From contig JAVZJR010000001.1 in assembly GCA_038870635.1 (NCBI GenBank), positions 106,797 to 170,796 of the forward strand: a DNA stretch of 64,000 nucleotides, written 5' to 3'. Position numbers and translations under genes: made by a program. This DNA is from Candidatus Bilamarchaeaceae archaeon (lineage in GTDB: Archaea; Micrarchaeota; Micrarchaeia; Anstonellales; Bilamarchaeaceae). Under the pieces are notes generated by a model. It saw nothing but the letters and a program-made list of their open reading frames with translations, was not told the DNA's origin and did not search any database. Positions 40,453 through 50,514 of this stretch are shown piece after piece; the first letter of the stretch is position 1, and each line of letters opens with the position of its first letter.

Positions 40453-41339
40453 GCGAGTTATTAGTAGATTATCTTGAAGATGCTGCGGCTTTCATAAAGA
40501 AAAGAAAAGAACGCCTTAACGAACTTGAAAAATATTATAGAGAAACCTATTCAAAAGATATAAGAGAAGAGATGGAAATCATAAAAAAAGAGATAAGAAA
40601 AAAGAGAAAAGAGATAACAGACAAACTTTATGAAAACTCAGAAGAACTTAATTACATAAAAAAATACTTTCCAGATTTTTTTGAAGTGCTTCTTGAAGAG
40701 GACGAAATAGGAAAAATAATAAAAAAAGAAGATTTACTTTACGACCGATTAAGATTTCCGGGAGCACGTCAACATTTACTTAGGTTAAAAGCTGCGCGTG
40801 CACAATTAAAAGACGCTATTGATTTTCTAGAGAAGTGGCCCGGCATTATAAAAGAAAAACAACTCATTGCAACCTATCCAATCCTCAAGGGCGAGATAGA
40901 AGGGGATAAGGAAAGCGGGGAGATAATAGAGAAAATAAAAGAACTTGAAAAAAAATTAGTGCACGAAGGATGGAAAGTAATAATAAGTAATGAGGATATA
41001 CTTCTTGAATTTCTCGATAAATATATAAAAAAACTAAATAAAGCAGAGATTAATCTAAAAAAAGCACAATTGAATTATGAGGATGCAAAAGGAAAAGGAA
41101 CCGTGACAGAAAACAACGCCCTTCGAATGTTAAGAGCAGCAGAAAAAAATAAAAAAAACATTGAAGAGCGCATAAGAAAAATGCTTTTGGCTAATCCCTT
41201 AGTGCTTGCAAAACTAAAAAAGAAAAAATGGTTGGCAAGGGATAAAAAAACACAACTGGAAAAAATTGCAGAAAAAATAACGCCAAAAAAAATAAAAGAA
41301 AAGGTTTGGTTAACTGAAATGAAAAAAAGATTAGGCTAG
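40449..41339 (+). CDS. Hypothetical coiled-coil protein
   Basis: K/E-rich heptads; ATGA-coupled to nfo. Confidence 0.65.
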   Translation: MSELLVDYLEDAAAFIKKRKERLNELEKYYRETYSKDIREEMEIIKKEIRKKRKEITDKLYENSEELNYIKKYFPDFFEVLLEEDEIGKIIKKEDLLYDRLRFPGARQHLLRLKAARAQLKDAIDFLEKWPGIIKEKQLIATYPILKGEIEGDKESGEIIEKIKELEKKLVHEGWKVIISNEDILLEFLDKYIKKLNKAEINLKKAQLNYEDAKGKGTVTENNALRMLRAAEKNKKNIEERIRKMLLANPLVLAKLKKKKWLARDKKTQLEKIAEKITPKKIKEKVWLTEMKKRLG

Positions 41340-41858
41340 TTATTTTCTTTTTAGCTCGTCTAACGCAGCTTTTGCTACTTCTTTATCGTTCTTACTGTAG
41401 AAAGGATTTTTCTCTATTACTTCGTTAAAGAAATTATACAATAAAGAGAGCGTTCTTTCTCTATTAGAACGAAAAGCCTTTTTTATGTAATTTGAACTCA
41501 GAGGATTACCCTCAAGCAGATAACATATTGCTAAATAAAAGTTAGCCTCGTGTCTGTCTGGATCAATTTCTATACAAGACAAAAATTTTCTTTTTGCAGC
41601 CTCAGTATCTAACATTTCTAAATAAGCAAGCCCATCAAAAAAAAGAGGGTCGTAGTCTTTCTTTAATAAAAATGAACGCTCAAAATACTCGTGGGCGCTT
41701 TCATAATTTTTCAAACGCATAGAGATAATACCAAGTAAATACCAAGCAGTGGGATCATCTTTCGTTTTTAATAGGTAATCATTTAGAAGCTTCGCAGCAT
41801 CACGATATTTTGCTTTTAAAAGAAGGGACTTAACCCTTGCTTCTTCAACTTTGTCCAT
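41340..41858 (-). CDS. TPR-repeat protein
   Basis: AWYLLG...A..YF and ANFYLA TPR consensus. Confidence 0.85.
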   Translation of the reverse strand: MDKVEEARVKSLLLKAKYRDAAKLLNDYLLKTKDDPTAWYLLGIISMRLKNYESAHEYFERSFLLKKDYDPLFFDGLAYLEMLDTEAAKRKFLSCIEIDPDRHEANFYLAICYLLEGNPLSSNYIKKAFRSNRERTLSLLYNFFNEVIEKNPFYSKNDKEVAKAALDELKRK

Positions 41859-42017
41859 ATTAAGACCTTCTCTGTATTCTTTAAAAAACATTTGCACCGA
41901 GCATTTTTTAAATGTTTATTTTTGTATATAAATATGTAAATAAAAAGAAAATTAAAGGTAAGCTTTAAAAATAGTTTTGTATATATATTTCGCTATAAGT
42001 GGAAAGATGTGGTTTTA

Positions 42018-42278
42018 ATGTTCAAAAAAGAAGAGAGAAAAGAACAACGTCTTCAAAGAGTTCCTGAATTAGATATAAAGATTGCAGAAGGTAATAATAC
42101 GAATAGAGTCATAGGTGGAGCGGTTAGAGTGTGCTGTCAGTCACGAGAAGCAGAAAACAACATAAGAGAAGCTGAGAGAGCGCTACAAATTAAAAAAAAT
42201 GAAGAAAAACTCGGACTTGATGTAGGGAAACTTGTTAAAAATTTCACAAACTTTTTAGGGATTAAAAAAATAGTATAA
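42018..42278 (+). CDS. Hypothetical protein
   Basis: Short ORF with upstream TATA-like elements. Confidence 0.5.
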   Translation: MFKKEERKEQRLQRVPELDIKIAEGNNTNRVIGGAVRVCCQSREAENNIREAERALQIKKNEEKLGLDVGKLVKNFTNFLGIKKIV

Positions 42279-42335
42279 ATCTCATTTTGAGAGCAGAAAG
42301 AAAAGATTTTAATTCGCAACTTCTAATTACAAAAT

Positions 42336-42770
42336 ATGCGGGGAGTAACAATAGTAAAAACACGACCACAACCAATAAAAGCAATAGAAACAGCAGAAAT
42401 AGCGTTGGAGCTTATAAAAGCAGCTGAAGAAAAAATAAAAAACCAAAACACTGAAGAGACGTATACAACATCATTACAAGCAATAAGAATGGCTGCGGCA
42501 TCGTTGATGTTTATGGATGGCTATATCGCTCCAACACTAGAAGGCGCTGTAGAATATATAAAAAATAATCACCCTCGTCTCAACGCAGAAGAATGGAAGA
42601 TATATGAATACAATCATCCAAAAAATAGGAGTATAGTAGATGCGATACTTGAAATGTTAAATATAAAAAAGAAAATAAACGAAGAGGAGATGTCGGATAA
42701 AGTTTTTTCACTTGCGAAAGAGTTTGTAAATTATGCGGAGAGAGCGACAAAATATGGAAAAATTGAGTGA
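42336..42770 (+). CDS. HEPN-like protein
   Basis: Helical pattern A.E....Y..S.QA...AA.SL....GY and C-terminal A.EFV typical of HEPN folds. Confidence 0.45.
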   Translation: MRGVTIVKTRPQPIKAIETAEIALELIKAAEEKIKNQNTEETYTTSLQAIRMAAASLMFMDGYIAPTLEGAVEYIKNNHPRLNAEEWKIYEYNHPKNRSIVDAILEMLNIKKKINEEEMSDKVFSLAKEFVNYAERATKYGKIE

Positions 42771-45504
42771 TATTATGGATGTTGATAAAAAAGAACTTAG
42801 AAAAAGATTTGCACAAGAGTGGGAAAAACATTACAAACTTGAAGCACTTATTTCGCGTGGTTTTAAAAGGCAAAAGTGTAAAAAATGCGGAAAAAATTTC
42901 TGGAGTGTAAAAGAGCGCGACCTTTGTGCTGACGCAAGCTGTATAGGATTTCAATTTGTAGGCAACACACCAGTACAAGATAGATTAGGTTATATTGAAA
43001 CATGGAAAAAGATAGAAAATTACTTCACGGAAAACAACCACACTTACATAAAACCATACCCGACCGTGGCAAGATGGCGTGATGATCTTTATTTTACAAT
43101 TGCAAGCATAAACGATTTTCAACCATATGTAGTAAATGGAGAACTCGACCCGCCTGCAAACCCTCTTATTGTCCCACAACCCTGCATAAGGTTTCCAGAC
43201 ATACAAAATGTTGGTGTTACTGGCTCTCATTACACTAACTTTGTAATGATTGGCCAGCACGCTTTTAACAACGAAAGAACTGGTTTATTTTATTGGAAAG
43301 AGGAAGCAATCAATCATGATATAAACTATCTTAATCGTTTAGGAATACCACTTGAGGAAATAGTATTTCAAGAAGATGTGTGGGCAGGTGGCGGTAATTT
43401 CGGTCCAAGCATGGAATATTTTGTTCGTGGGTTAGAGCTTGGTAATTGTGTTTTCATGCAGTATGAGATTACACCAAGCGGAGCAAGAGAATTACGCACC
43501 AAAGTAATCGACATGGGCGCTGGTCTTAGCAGGCTTGCGTGGATAACATCAGGAGATCCTACAAGTTATGAAGTGGTTTTTGGAGATGTTGTTGAGATTA
43601 TGAAAAAAAATGCAGGAATAAAAACAGATAAACAGCTGTTAACAAAATTTACTCGCCTTGCAGGTAGCTTAAACATAGATGAAGTAGAAGATATAGAAGC
43701 GGCAAAAGAAACTGTTGCAAAAGAGCTCGGAATGGAAAAAAAAGAACTTTTTGAAAAATTAGAACCATTACAAGCTATTTATGCGAGTGCAGACCATCTA
43801 TTAACTATTTTATTTACAACAACAGATGGCATGTTGCCTAGCAATGCGGGCGGCGGCTACAATTTAAGAATGATATTACGAAGAACTTTTGGTTTCAACG
43901 ATCGCTACCATCTTAATTTTGATTATGAAAAAATAATAGAAGGACATGCAGCTTACTTAGAGCCAATTTTCCCCCATCTAAAAGATGGTACAGAAACAAC
44001 AATAGATGTTATAGAAGAAGAAAGAAAAAAATATGAAAGCACAAAGGAAAAGGCGCGGGTTATCGTAGCTAATATCATCCGAAAAGCAAAGGGAAATGAT
44101 AAAACTGCTAAAAAAGAAAGTGCATACGAAGCAAAAAACAAAATAAGTGTAAACGATTTAGTTTTACTCTATAAAAGTCATGGCGTGCCACCCGATTATG
44201 TTATTGAAATTGCAAAAGAGAATGATGTAGAAGCGCAAATGCCCGGTAATTTCTATGAACTAGTAAGAGAAGGAGAAGGCGGTTCTAAGGTTGAAGAAGA
44301 AAAGAAAAAAGTATTGGACTTAGATGTAATAGGCTACCCAAAAACAGAGGTGCTTTACTATAGCGATATTAGTGAATTTGAAGCTGAAATTATAGATATC
44401 ACAAAAAACGGCTATGCGGTACTTAATAAAACCGCATTTTATCCAGAAGGCGGCGGTCAAGTCGCAGACAAGGGATGGATTGAAGGAATAGAGGTCACAG
44501 ACGTAATAAAAAAACATGGAGTAGTGCTACATAAAGTAGCAGAACCAAATAGACTAAAAAAAGGAAAGGTTAGATGCAAAGTAGATACAGCCCGAAGAAA
44601 GAGGATAACTACACATCACACTTGCGCGCATCTTTTAAACGCTGCTGCAAGAGAGGTTCTTGGAGAACACATTTGGCAGGCCGGTTCTTACAAAGATGAA
44701 GAGAAAGGACATCTTGATATAACACATTACAAAAAGATAACTCAGGATGAATTGGATGAGATAGAGAAAAAAGTAAACGAATACATAAGACAAAATCTTC
44801 CAATAAAAGTAGAAGTGCTTCCCAGAAACGTTGCTGAGCAAAGGTATGGTTTTAGATTGTATCAAGGCGGGGCAGTGCCAGGCAAAGAGCTTCGCATAGT
44901 ATCTATTGGAGATATCGATCACGAAGCGTGCGGCGGCACCCACCATATGCTAAAATCCACAGGTGAAATTGGAGTATATAAGATAATAAAAAGAGAAAGC
45001 ATACAAGACGGCGTAGAGCGAATAACTTATAAAGCAGGAGATGTAGCCATTAAATATATACAAGAAAGAGAAAAAATGATAAAAAGGACAGCCGCCATAG
45101 TAAGTGTAGGGGAAAACGAAATAGAATCCACGATGAAAAGATTTTTTGAAGAATGGAAGATGCAAAAAAACATTATAGAAAATCTTAGCACCAGATTGGC
45201 CGCTGTTGAAAGCCAACAGATAGCCGAAGAACATGCAAAAACCAAAAAACCAATTTTTAGATTGACTGATCTTGATGTAGAGGTTTTGAAAAAAATAGCG
45301 ATAACGCTAAGTGCTGAAAACAAAGATATATCGTTTTGTATACTCAACAAAAAAGGCGACATAGTATGCGCAAGCGGAGAAAATTCGCTTTATAGCGCTG
45401 AAGAGATAATGAAAAAAGTTATTGAGAAGTTAGGTGGAAAAGGCGGAGGAAGCCGAAGGATAGCGTTTGGTAAAGTTTCAAAGATAGGTATTGTTGAGTT
45501 TTAA
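42754..45504 (+). CDS. alaS: Alanyl-tRNA synthetase (archaeal type)
   Basis: ARWRDD, QPCIR, IDMGAGL, FYPEGGGQ, HTCAH, ACGGTH, GGKGGG. Confidence 0.97.
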   Translation: MEKLSDIMDVDKKELRKRFAQEWEKHYKLEALISRGFKRQKCKKCGKNFWSVKERDLCADASCIGFQFVGNTPVQDRLGYIETWKKIENYFTENNHTYIKPYPTVARWRDDLYFTIASINDFQPYVVNGELDPPANPLIVPQPCIRFPDIQNVGVTGSHYTNFVMIGQHAFNNERTGLFYWKEEAINHDINYLNRLGIPLEEIVFQEDVWAGGGNFGPSMEYFVRGLELGNCVFMQYEITPSGARELRTKVIDMGAGLSRLAWITSGDPTSYEVVFGDVVEIMKKNAGIKTDKQLLTKFTRLAGSLNIDEVEDIEAAKETVAKELGMEKKELFEKLEPLQAIYASADHLLTILFTTTDGMLPSNAGGGYNLRMILRRTFGFNDRYHLNFDYEKIIEGHAAYLEPIFPHLKDGTETTIDVIEEERKKYESTKEKARVIVANIIRKAKGNDKTAKKESAYEAKNKISVNDLVLLYKSHGVPPDYVIEIAKENDVEAQMPGNFYELVREGEGGSKVEEEKKKVLDLDVIGYPKTEVLYYSDISEFEAEIIDITKNGYAVLNKTAFYPEGGGQVADKGWIEGIEVTDVIKKHGVVLHKVAEPNRLKKGKVRCKVDTARRKRITTHHTCAHLLNAAAREVLGEHIWQAGSYKDEEKGHLDITHYKKITQDELDEIEKKVNEYIRQNLPIKVEVLPRNVAEQRYGFRLYQGGAVPGKELRIVSIGDIDHEACGGTHHMLKSTGEIGVYKIIKRESIQDGVERITYKAGDVAIKYIQEREKMIKRTAAIVSVGENEIESTMKRFFEEWKMQKNIIENLSTRLAAVESQQIAEEHAKTKKPIFRLTDLDVEVLKKIAITLSAENKDISFCILNKKGDIVCASGENSLYSAEEIMKKVIEKLGGKGGGSRRIAFGKVSKIGIVEF

Positions 45505-46197
45505 CAAAGAAGGTTTTTTCAGAAATTCAAACTTTTGCGGATTAGCAACAAACTCTAAAAGAATGTCTTTACACTCAAATCCATATCTCTTGTTTATATC
45601 ATTTGTTTTTACCCTTTCATTTTGTGATATTATATAATAAGGATTATGTAAAAAGCCGCCATCAGGTGTAACGTAGTAGGCAGCGCCGTGATTTTTCTTA
45701 AACATCGAGTAATCTGATGTAAAATCATCAGCTACGATGTTCGAAAGAACAAGCATATCTTTACTACTATTAATTGTGGTATGACAAAAGTTAGGTGGTA
45801 TCAGAAGGATATCACCTTTTTTGCCCTCTACAATAGAAACAAAAAAACCACCATTCGAAAGTTCTTTTTGCAAAATAAAGATAGCAGTGCCAGAAAGTAT
45901 TTGGTAAACTTCAGGATAAGAAAGATTTTTTTCTGCAATAGGGTGGCAATGGCCATAAGTTTTTGACATTTCCTTTTCTTTTTCCCACACGGGTATAACA
46001 GTTATGTCGTAGCGAAGTCCATCTTTTTTTATAATTTCTCTATACATGTAATATGCATCACCTTCACTTACTGGCTCCTCATTCAAAACATCTTTAAGTT
46101 CTGAAAAAGTTCTTACAATAGGATGAATGGTTTTACTGTTAGCAATTAAAGTTGTACCCAACAACTCTATACGAAAAGGTTGAGAATAAAAAATCAT
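45478..46197 (-). CDS. Cupin-type glucose-6-phosphate isomerase
   Basis: YYMYR, LRYDITV, KTYGHCH, PEVYQIL, IPPNFCHTTIN. Confidence 0.85.
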   Translation of the reverse strand: MIFYSQPFRIELLGTTLIANSKTIHPIVRTFSELKDVLNEEPVSEGDAYYMYREIIKKDGLRYDITVIPVWEKEKEMSKTYGHCHPIAEKNLSYPEVYQILSGTAIFILQKELSNGGFFVSIVEGKKGDILLIPPNFCHTTINSSKDMLVLSNIVADDFTSDYSMFKKNHGAAYYVTPDGGFLHNPYYIISQNERVKTNDINKRYGFECKDILLEFVANPQKFEFLKKPSLLKLNNTYL

Positions 46198-46574
46198 AAC
46201 TCTATTACTTCTTTCATCTTTTTAAATTCTAGTCTTTTTTCCAGCACTTTATTGGCTAAAAGACTTTGTCTTTCAAATTTTAGCACGAGAGACCTCATAA
46301 AAAAAATAAATTGTGGATTTTGTTCACCTAATTCTTTTTCCAAAGAAGCCAATGTCTTCAATGCACCCATAAGAAGAGAAGCATTTATAGTTCCATGGCC
46401 ATTAAGCGTTTGCAAGTAGCTATCTATTATCCCTTTTATGAAAAAAACTCTATATCGTGTTCTCTTATTCTTTATGTTTGATAGATTTATTCTCTTCATT
46501 ATAGCAGACAAAGTAAGCCAATCTTCACTAGCAAGAATAGTAGATAAGCTACTAGTTTCTTTTTTTGGGTGCAT
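46194..46574 (-). CDS. Hypothetical protein
   Basis: 126-aa ORF, ATGA-coupled to the GPI gene. Confidence 0.5.
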   Translation of the reverse strand: MHPKKETSSLSTILASEDWLTLSAIMKRINLSNIKNKRTRYRVFFIKGIIDSYLQTLNGHGTINASLLMGALKTLASLEKELGEQNPQFIFFMRSLVLKFERQSLLANKVLEKRLEFKKMKEVIEL

Positions 46575-46605
46575 GGAGAATTATTTTAGTGCAAGTTTAA
46601 AAATA

Positions 46606-47337
46606 TTATTCTTCGCAAATGCTAAAACCTATTAAAAACCACGAGGTGTAGGGAATTTTAAAAGACAATTCTGGAACAGATGCCTGCAGTTGCTCTATAA
46701 ACAATTTTGTAGGTTGCTTTTTATCTTTTCTTAAAATTTCTAAATTCAAAACTAATACATCTTCTGCTGTTAGAAAAGCACGTACAAACTTAAGAGTTAC
46801 TTTATCATTTTTGCTAAGTGGGTCTCCACCTTCAACTTCTATTGTTTCACCTTCTTTTAACTCTATAAAATTTGTATTACGAGCTAAAAGAATGAGAGCA
46901 ACCTTTTTACCAGTTAAACCAAATTGTACTCCACTTTTTCCTATTGAAGAAACACATTCTAAATTATTATTTTCTTTATATTGTAAAGAAGAATTACCCT
47001 CAATATTATTAACAGAATATAGTACAGAACCCCGCTCTTCTATTTTTTCTATTTTAAGAGAGGCACCACAAGAAAGATAAACCTTTTCTCCTTCTGCTAA
47101 TATTTTAGTAGAGTATTCATTGTTATTTTCTATTTTTACTTTTACATAAGAAGGTGGATCACAAGAGAAATTTTTCTGTGTTTGGTAAGGATTGCAAGAG
47201 CAAAGTCCAATTAAAAAAATAGAACTCATGAATTTAGAAAAGACAGATGCTGGTTTTTTTTGCAACTTTTGGTTATTGTGTTCGTCTATTTTTTTATTAT
47301 CTTTAATATCTTCGGCTTTTCTTCTTAAAAATTTCAT
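46606..47337 (-). CDS. Hypothetical exported, lipoprotein-like protein
   Basis: Long charged N-terminus, then a hydrophobic stretch ending in LCSC. Confidence 0.55.
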   Translation of the reverse strand: MKFLRRKAEDIKDNKKIDEHNNQKLQKKPASVFSKFMSSIFLIGLCSCNPYQTQKNFSCDPPSYVKVKIENNNEYSTKILAEGEKVYLSCGASLKIEKIEERGSVLYSVNNIEGNSSLQYKENNNLECVSSIGKSGVQFGLTGKKVALILLARNTNFIELKEGETIEVEGGDPLSKNDKVTLKFVRAFLTAEDVLVLNLEILRKDKKQPTKLFIEQLQASVPELSFKIPYTSWFLIGFSICEE

Positions 47338-47450
47338 ATTGTTATTTTGTGTGGTTATTTTTAAAAAGTTATTTTAATTGTAATTAAATGTAAAAAAATC
47401 AAATAAAATAATAAAACTTCTTTGTTAAATAGGTTTCATATTTATCTTAC

Positions 47451-47600
47451 GCCGAGGTCGCATAATCCGGTAGTGCGTCGGTCTCGAAAATTTTAAAGAT
47501 GGACAATATCTACCAAGAAAACCGATCCCTTTGGGATTGCAGGTTCAAAAGCTTTCGCTGAAGCAAAGACTTCAGGAAGCTGAAGCTCCTGCCCTCGGCG
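47451..47600 (+). tRNA. tRNA-Ser(CGA) with two introns (37/38: 47489-47519; 59/60: 47550-47586)
   Basis: Acceptor GCCGAGG/CCTCGGC, G73, stem TCGGT/ACCGA with CT-CGA-A, long variable arm TCCC-TTT-GGGA, T-loop BHB TTCA/TGAA. Confidence 0.92.
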
Positions 47601-47602
47601 TT

Positions 47603-48700
47603 TTACAATTTTACCCAATCCAAAAAATCATCTAATATTTTTACAACACAAAGAGAAACGCACTTTGCAGAGACTCCTGCCGCTGAAGAAAAACTAGGTG
47701 TTGTTCGTCCTTCATCACCACTCACAAGCTCTTTTATATAGGTACCAGGTTCAGTTGTTATCAAAAACTCTGCCCGCTTATCTTTTAAAGAAATCAAAGA
47801 GATATCGAGAACTTTTCTCTCTCTTGTAAGAAAAGCGCGCCTATGCTCAACTCGGATAGGTGTTTTTTGTTTTATAGTCTTACCACTCAATTTAAGTATT
47901 TCATTAATTTGCTCTTCTGTTGGTTTGCTCTCGAACTCAACCACTGCTCTATAACATTTATCAAAATGAGATGTGGTTACAGTTTCAACTGAACCGCGCC
48001 TCACTATCTTCAATCCTTCGACCATAACATTTTTTTTGTTGTTTATCTCATTCGAAACGTGAAGCAAATTAGGAGTCCTCACTTGAGCACCTTTTAACTG
48101 TAGCACAAAAGGCCTGCCTGCCAAATTAGTAACATCGATATCCTCACGACCAGATGCGTGCATAATATAGGAATCAGCTTTACAAGCCTTCTTAAGAGTC
48201 TCGCCGATTTCTTCCTCTACAGAATGGTAGAATTTTCCAAGATTTTTACATTTCTCACAGCCTTTTCCGTTGCAATTACTACACACCCACCTTGTTTGAG
48301 AAAGGCCGGCCTTTAGTTTTTTATATTTACCAAAAACAAATAGATCATTCCAACATATGGAAACATCACCAGCTGGAAATTTAACGAGTAAGATTACGTC
48401 GCCATCGCTTTTTGGTTTCTTACCAGATAGAGCACTTATTCGCTCATTAAGAAACTGATTTATGAATGTCTTTATTGAAACCGTTCCTGTTAGCTTATAA
48501 TCCCATACAATTTCTTCTCGTGCTAGCCACTCATTAGGTATGGTTGTCGATAAAGAAAAAAATTTTATATTTGAAGGTAAAAGAGCTGCTCCTTTTTGTG
48601 CAATATTTTCTAAAGACCCAATATGGTTTTGACAAATAAAGCAATCTCCCTCTTCAAAAGCATTTTTTTTAGAAGAATTACAAACATTACAGAGTTTCAT
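47603..48700 (-). CDS. pus10: tRNA pseudouridine 54/55 synthase
   Basis: GKYKK, QTRW, HASGREDIDV, GRPF, QKTP.RV.HRR, GTYIKELVSGDEGRTTPS. Confidence 0.95.
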   Translation of the reverse strand: MKLCNVCNSSKKNAFEEGDCFICQNHIGSLENIAQKGAALLPSNIKFFSLSTTIPNEWLAREEIVWDYKLTGTVSIKTFINQFLNERISALSGKKPKSDGDVILLVKFPAGDVSICWNDLFVFGKYKKLKAGLSQTRWVCSNCNGKGCEKCKNLGKFYHSVEEEIGETLKKACKADSYIMHASGREDIDVTNLAGRPFVLQLKGAQVRTPNLLHVSNEINNKKNVMVEGLKIVRRGSVETVTTSHFDKCYRAVVEFESKPTEEQINEILKLSGKTIKQKTPIRVEHRRAFLTRERKVLDISLISLKDKRAEFLITTEPGTYIKELVSGDEGRTTPSFSSAAGVSAKCVSLCVVKILDDFLDWVKL

Positions 48701-49047
48701 ATAGTTATATCACGATGTGGTAATGATGGTAAATTATTTTTTATCCTATAACCTTCCAAAATAAGCGAAGCACGCTTAACCTTTGCTTTTTTGTTTTCAG
48801 GTATTTTTTCTTTTAGAAGATCGTCAACATAAATACCAAAATCTGCAAGCGTAGTGCTACCGTTTCTTGCTAAAAAACTCAAAACATCTATGACCATTTT
48901 CCTACCTTCAAGATCATCCCCCCAAACACTTAGAGATAAAGCAACTTGGTTTATGAAGTGCATCTTCTCTGTTTCATTCATGTTTTTCCAGCATTTCATT
49001 AGTTTTTCTTTTATTTCATCATCTATGCGGTCTAATATTTCTTTCAT
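48697..49047 (-). CDS. Hypothetical protein
   Basis: GGTGA RBS; translationally coupled on both sides. Confidence 0.65.
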   Translation of the reverse strand: MKEILDRIDDEIKEKLMKCWKNMNETEKMHFINQVALSLSVWGDDLEGRKMVIDVLSFLARNGSTTLADFGIYVDDLLKEKIPENKKAKVKRASLILEGYRIKNNLPSLPHRDITI

Positions 49048-49439
49048 CCAATCACCCATTTGTTTAGATTAGACCCTAGCTCTTTTGCTGATTGACTTCT
49101 TTCAAAAAAATCATAAAGAGCCATTGCTTTTGCTATTGCATTTTCATCCAAAATGAAACGACCACCCTTAAATTTGGATAGACTCTCCATCACCCACTGC
49201 CTCATTTGATCATAAGGCACTTTAGTTATAACCACATTATCTATTTCTCCTCTACGTTGACTACGTTGAGCTATAGCTATTTTTTCTAAATCAAGTAAAC
49301 TTTGCTCAGTAATTATGCGATCACTTCCCTTCCCTTTCCTGTAGATTTCGCCTGCTTTCTCAAAAATATATGATAAAAATTCGTTAAAATCTCTTCTAAA
49401 ATCGCTTTTCTTAATATTTCTTTCACCACTTGAAACCAT
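49044..49439 (-). CDS. Hypothetical protein
   Basis: 131-aa ORF with RBS and TATA. Confidence 0.55.
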   Translation of the reverse strand: MVSSGERNIKKSDFRRDFNEFLSYIFEKAGEIYRKGKGSDRIITEQSLLDLEKIAIAQRSQRRGEIDNVVITKVPYDQMRQWVMESLSKFKGGRFILDENAIAKAMALYDFFERSQSAKELGSNLNKWVIG

Positions 49440-49497
49440 GTATGCACCATTATTATTTTGCCAAAAATGTTTTATAACCTATCTGAGGATTTAAAAT

Positions 49498-50514
49498 ATG
49501 ACAGTTCTTTTTATTGTGGAGTCAATTGGCCTCGGCCATGCCACAAGAAGTTATGAAATAATAAAAGAATTTTTAAAAAAAGGACATCGTGTGGAAGCGA
49601 TAGCACACAATAGTGCAGCTGATTTTTTTAAAAGTAAATCAATAAACACACATGAAATACCATTATCCATTTTTCCGCAAAAAAATAAAGAAACGGTTGA
49701 TTTTGGAAAAACATTATTGCAAGGAATAAAATTAAGGAATATTGTCGCCATAGGCGCGATAAGTGGAATAATAAAAAAGAAAAAACCAAGTGCAATAATC
49801 ATTGATAGTAGTATAAGCGGGATGATAGCCGCCAATACTACAAAAGACAAGGCAACGCCTATTCTTTTCATAACAACAGATAACACTTACCAAAGTGGAC
49901 TAAAAACAACAGAAAAACAAAAACAAAATTTCGGCATAATCAATAATTTTATACAGGCAAGTGTAGACGCGTATATCGTCCCAGATTTTCCTCCGCCTTA
50001 CACTATCAGTGAAAACAACTTGGTCTTAAACAAAAAAATTAATTTTGTTGGGCCGCTTTCATGGGCGAAAGGATTTGACATACCAAAAAAAACAAAAGGG
50101 GTAATATTAACACAAGGTGGATCAAACATTGTATCGGAAAAAATCACAACAATTTTAAAAAATAAAGTATATACTCCTACGCGTGAGGAATATGAAAAAA
50201 AATTTATAACAGCAGATGTCGTCATCCACCACGGCGGCCACACAACCACAATGGATTGCATCGTTTTAGGGAAACCACAGATAACGATACCAATAGATGG
50301 TTATACTGAAAGGATAAACAATGGGAAAAAAATAGAAAAATTAGGCTTAGGAAAAAATCTCGATGAAAAATGGTTAGATAAGAACACATTAGATTACGCT
50401 ATAGAAGAAGTAAAAGAATACAAAAAGAACATTATTAAATTCTCTAAATATGCTCGTTCTTATGATGCGCCAAAAAAAGTATACGAAATTTACGAAAGCT
50501 TAAAGAAAAAATAA
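49498..50514 (+). CDS. GT-B glycosyltransferase (GT28/MJ1255-like)
   Basis: GLGHATRS, FVGPL, TQGGS, HHGGHTT, GKP...IP...E...N. Confidence 0.85.
   Translation: MTVLFIVESIGLGHATRSYEIIKEFLKKGHRVEAIAHNSAADFFKSKSINTHEIPLSIFPQKNKETVDFGKTLLQGIKLRNIVAIGAISGIIKKKKPSAIIIDSSISGMIAANTTKDKATPILFITTDNTYQSGLKTTEKQKQNFGIINNFIQASVDAYIVPDFPPPYTISENNLVLNKKINFVGPLSWAKGFDIPKKTKGVILTQGGSNIVSEKITTILKNKVYTPTREEYEKKFITADVVIHHGGHTTTMDCIVLGKPQITIPIDGYTERINNGKKIEKLGLGKNLDEKWLDKNTLDYAIEEVKEYKKNIIKFSKYARSYDAPKKVYEIYESLKKK

Noticed and set aside
47308..47337. Twin-arginine (Tat) signal in MKFLRRK
   Set aside because: The RR is far from the hydrophobic region and lacks the RRxFLK consensus
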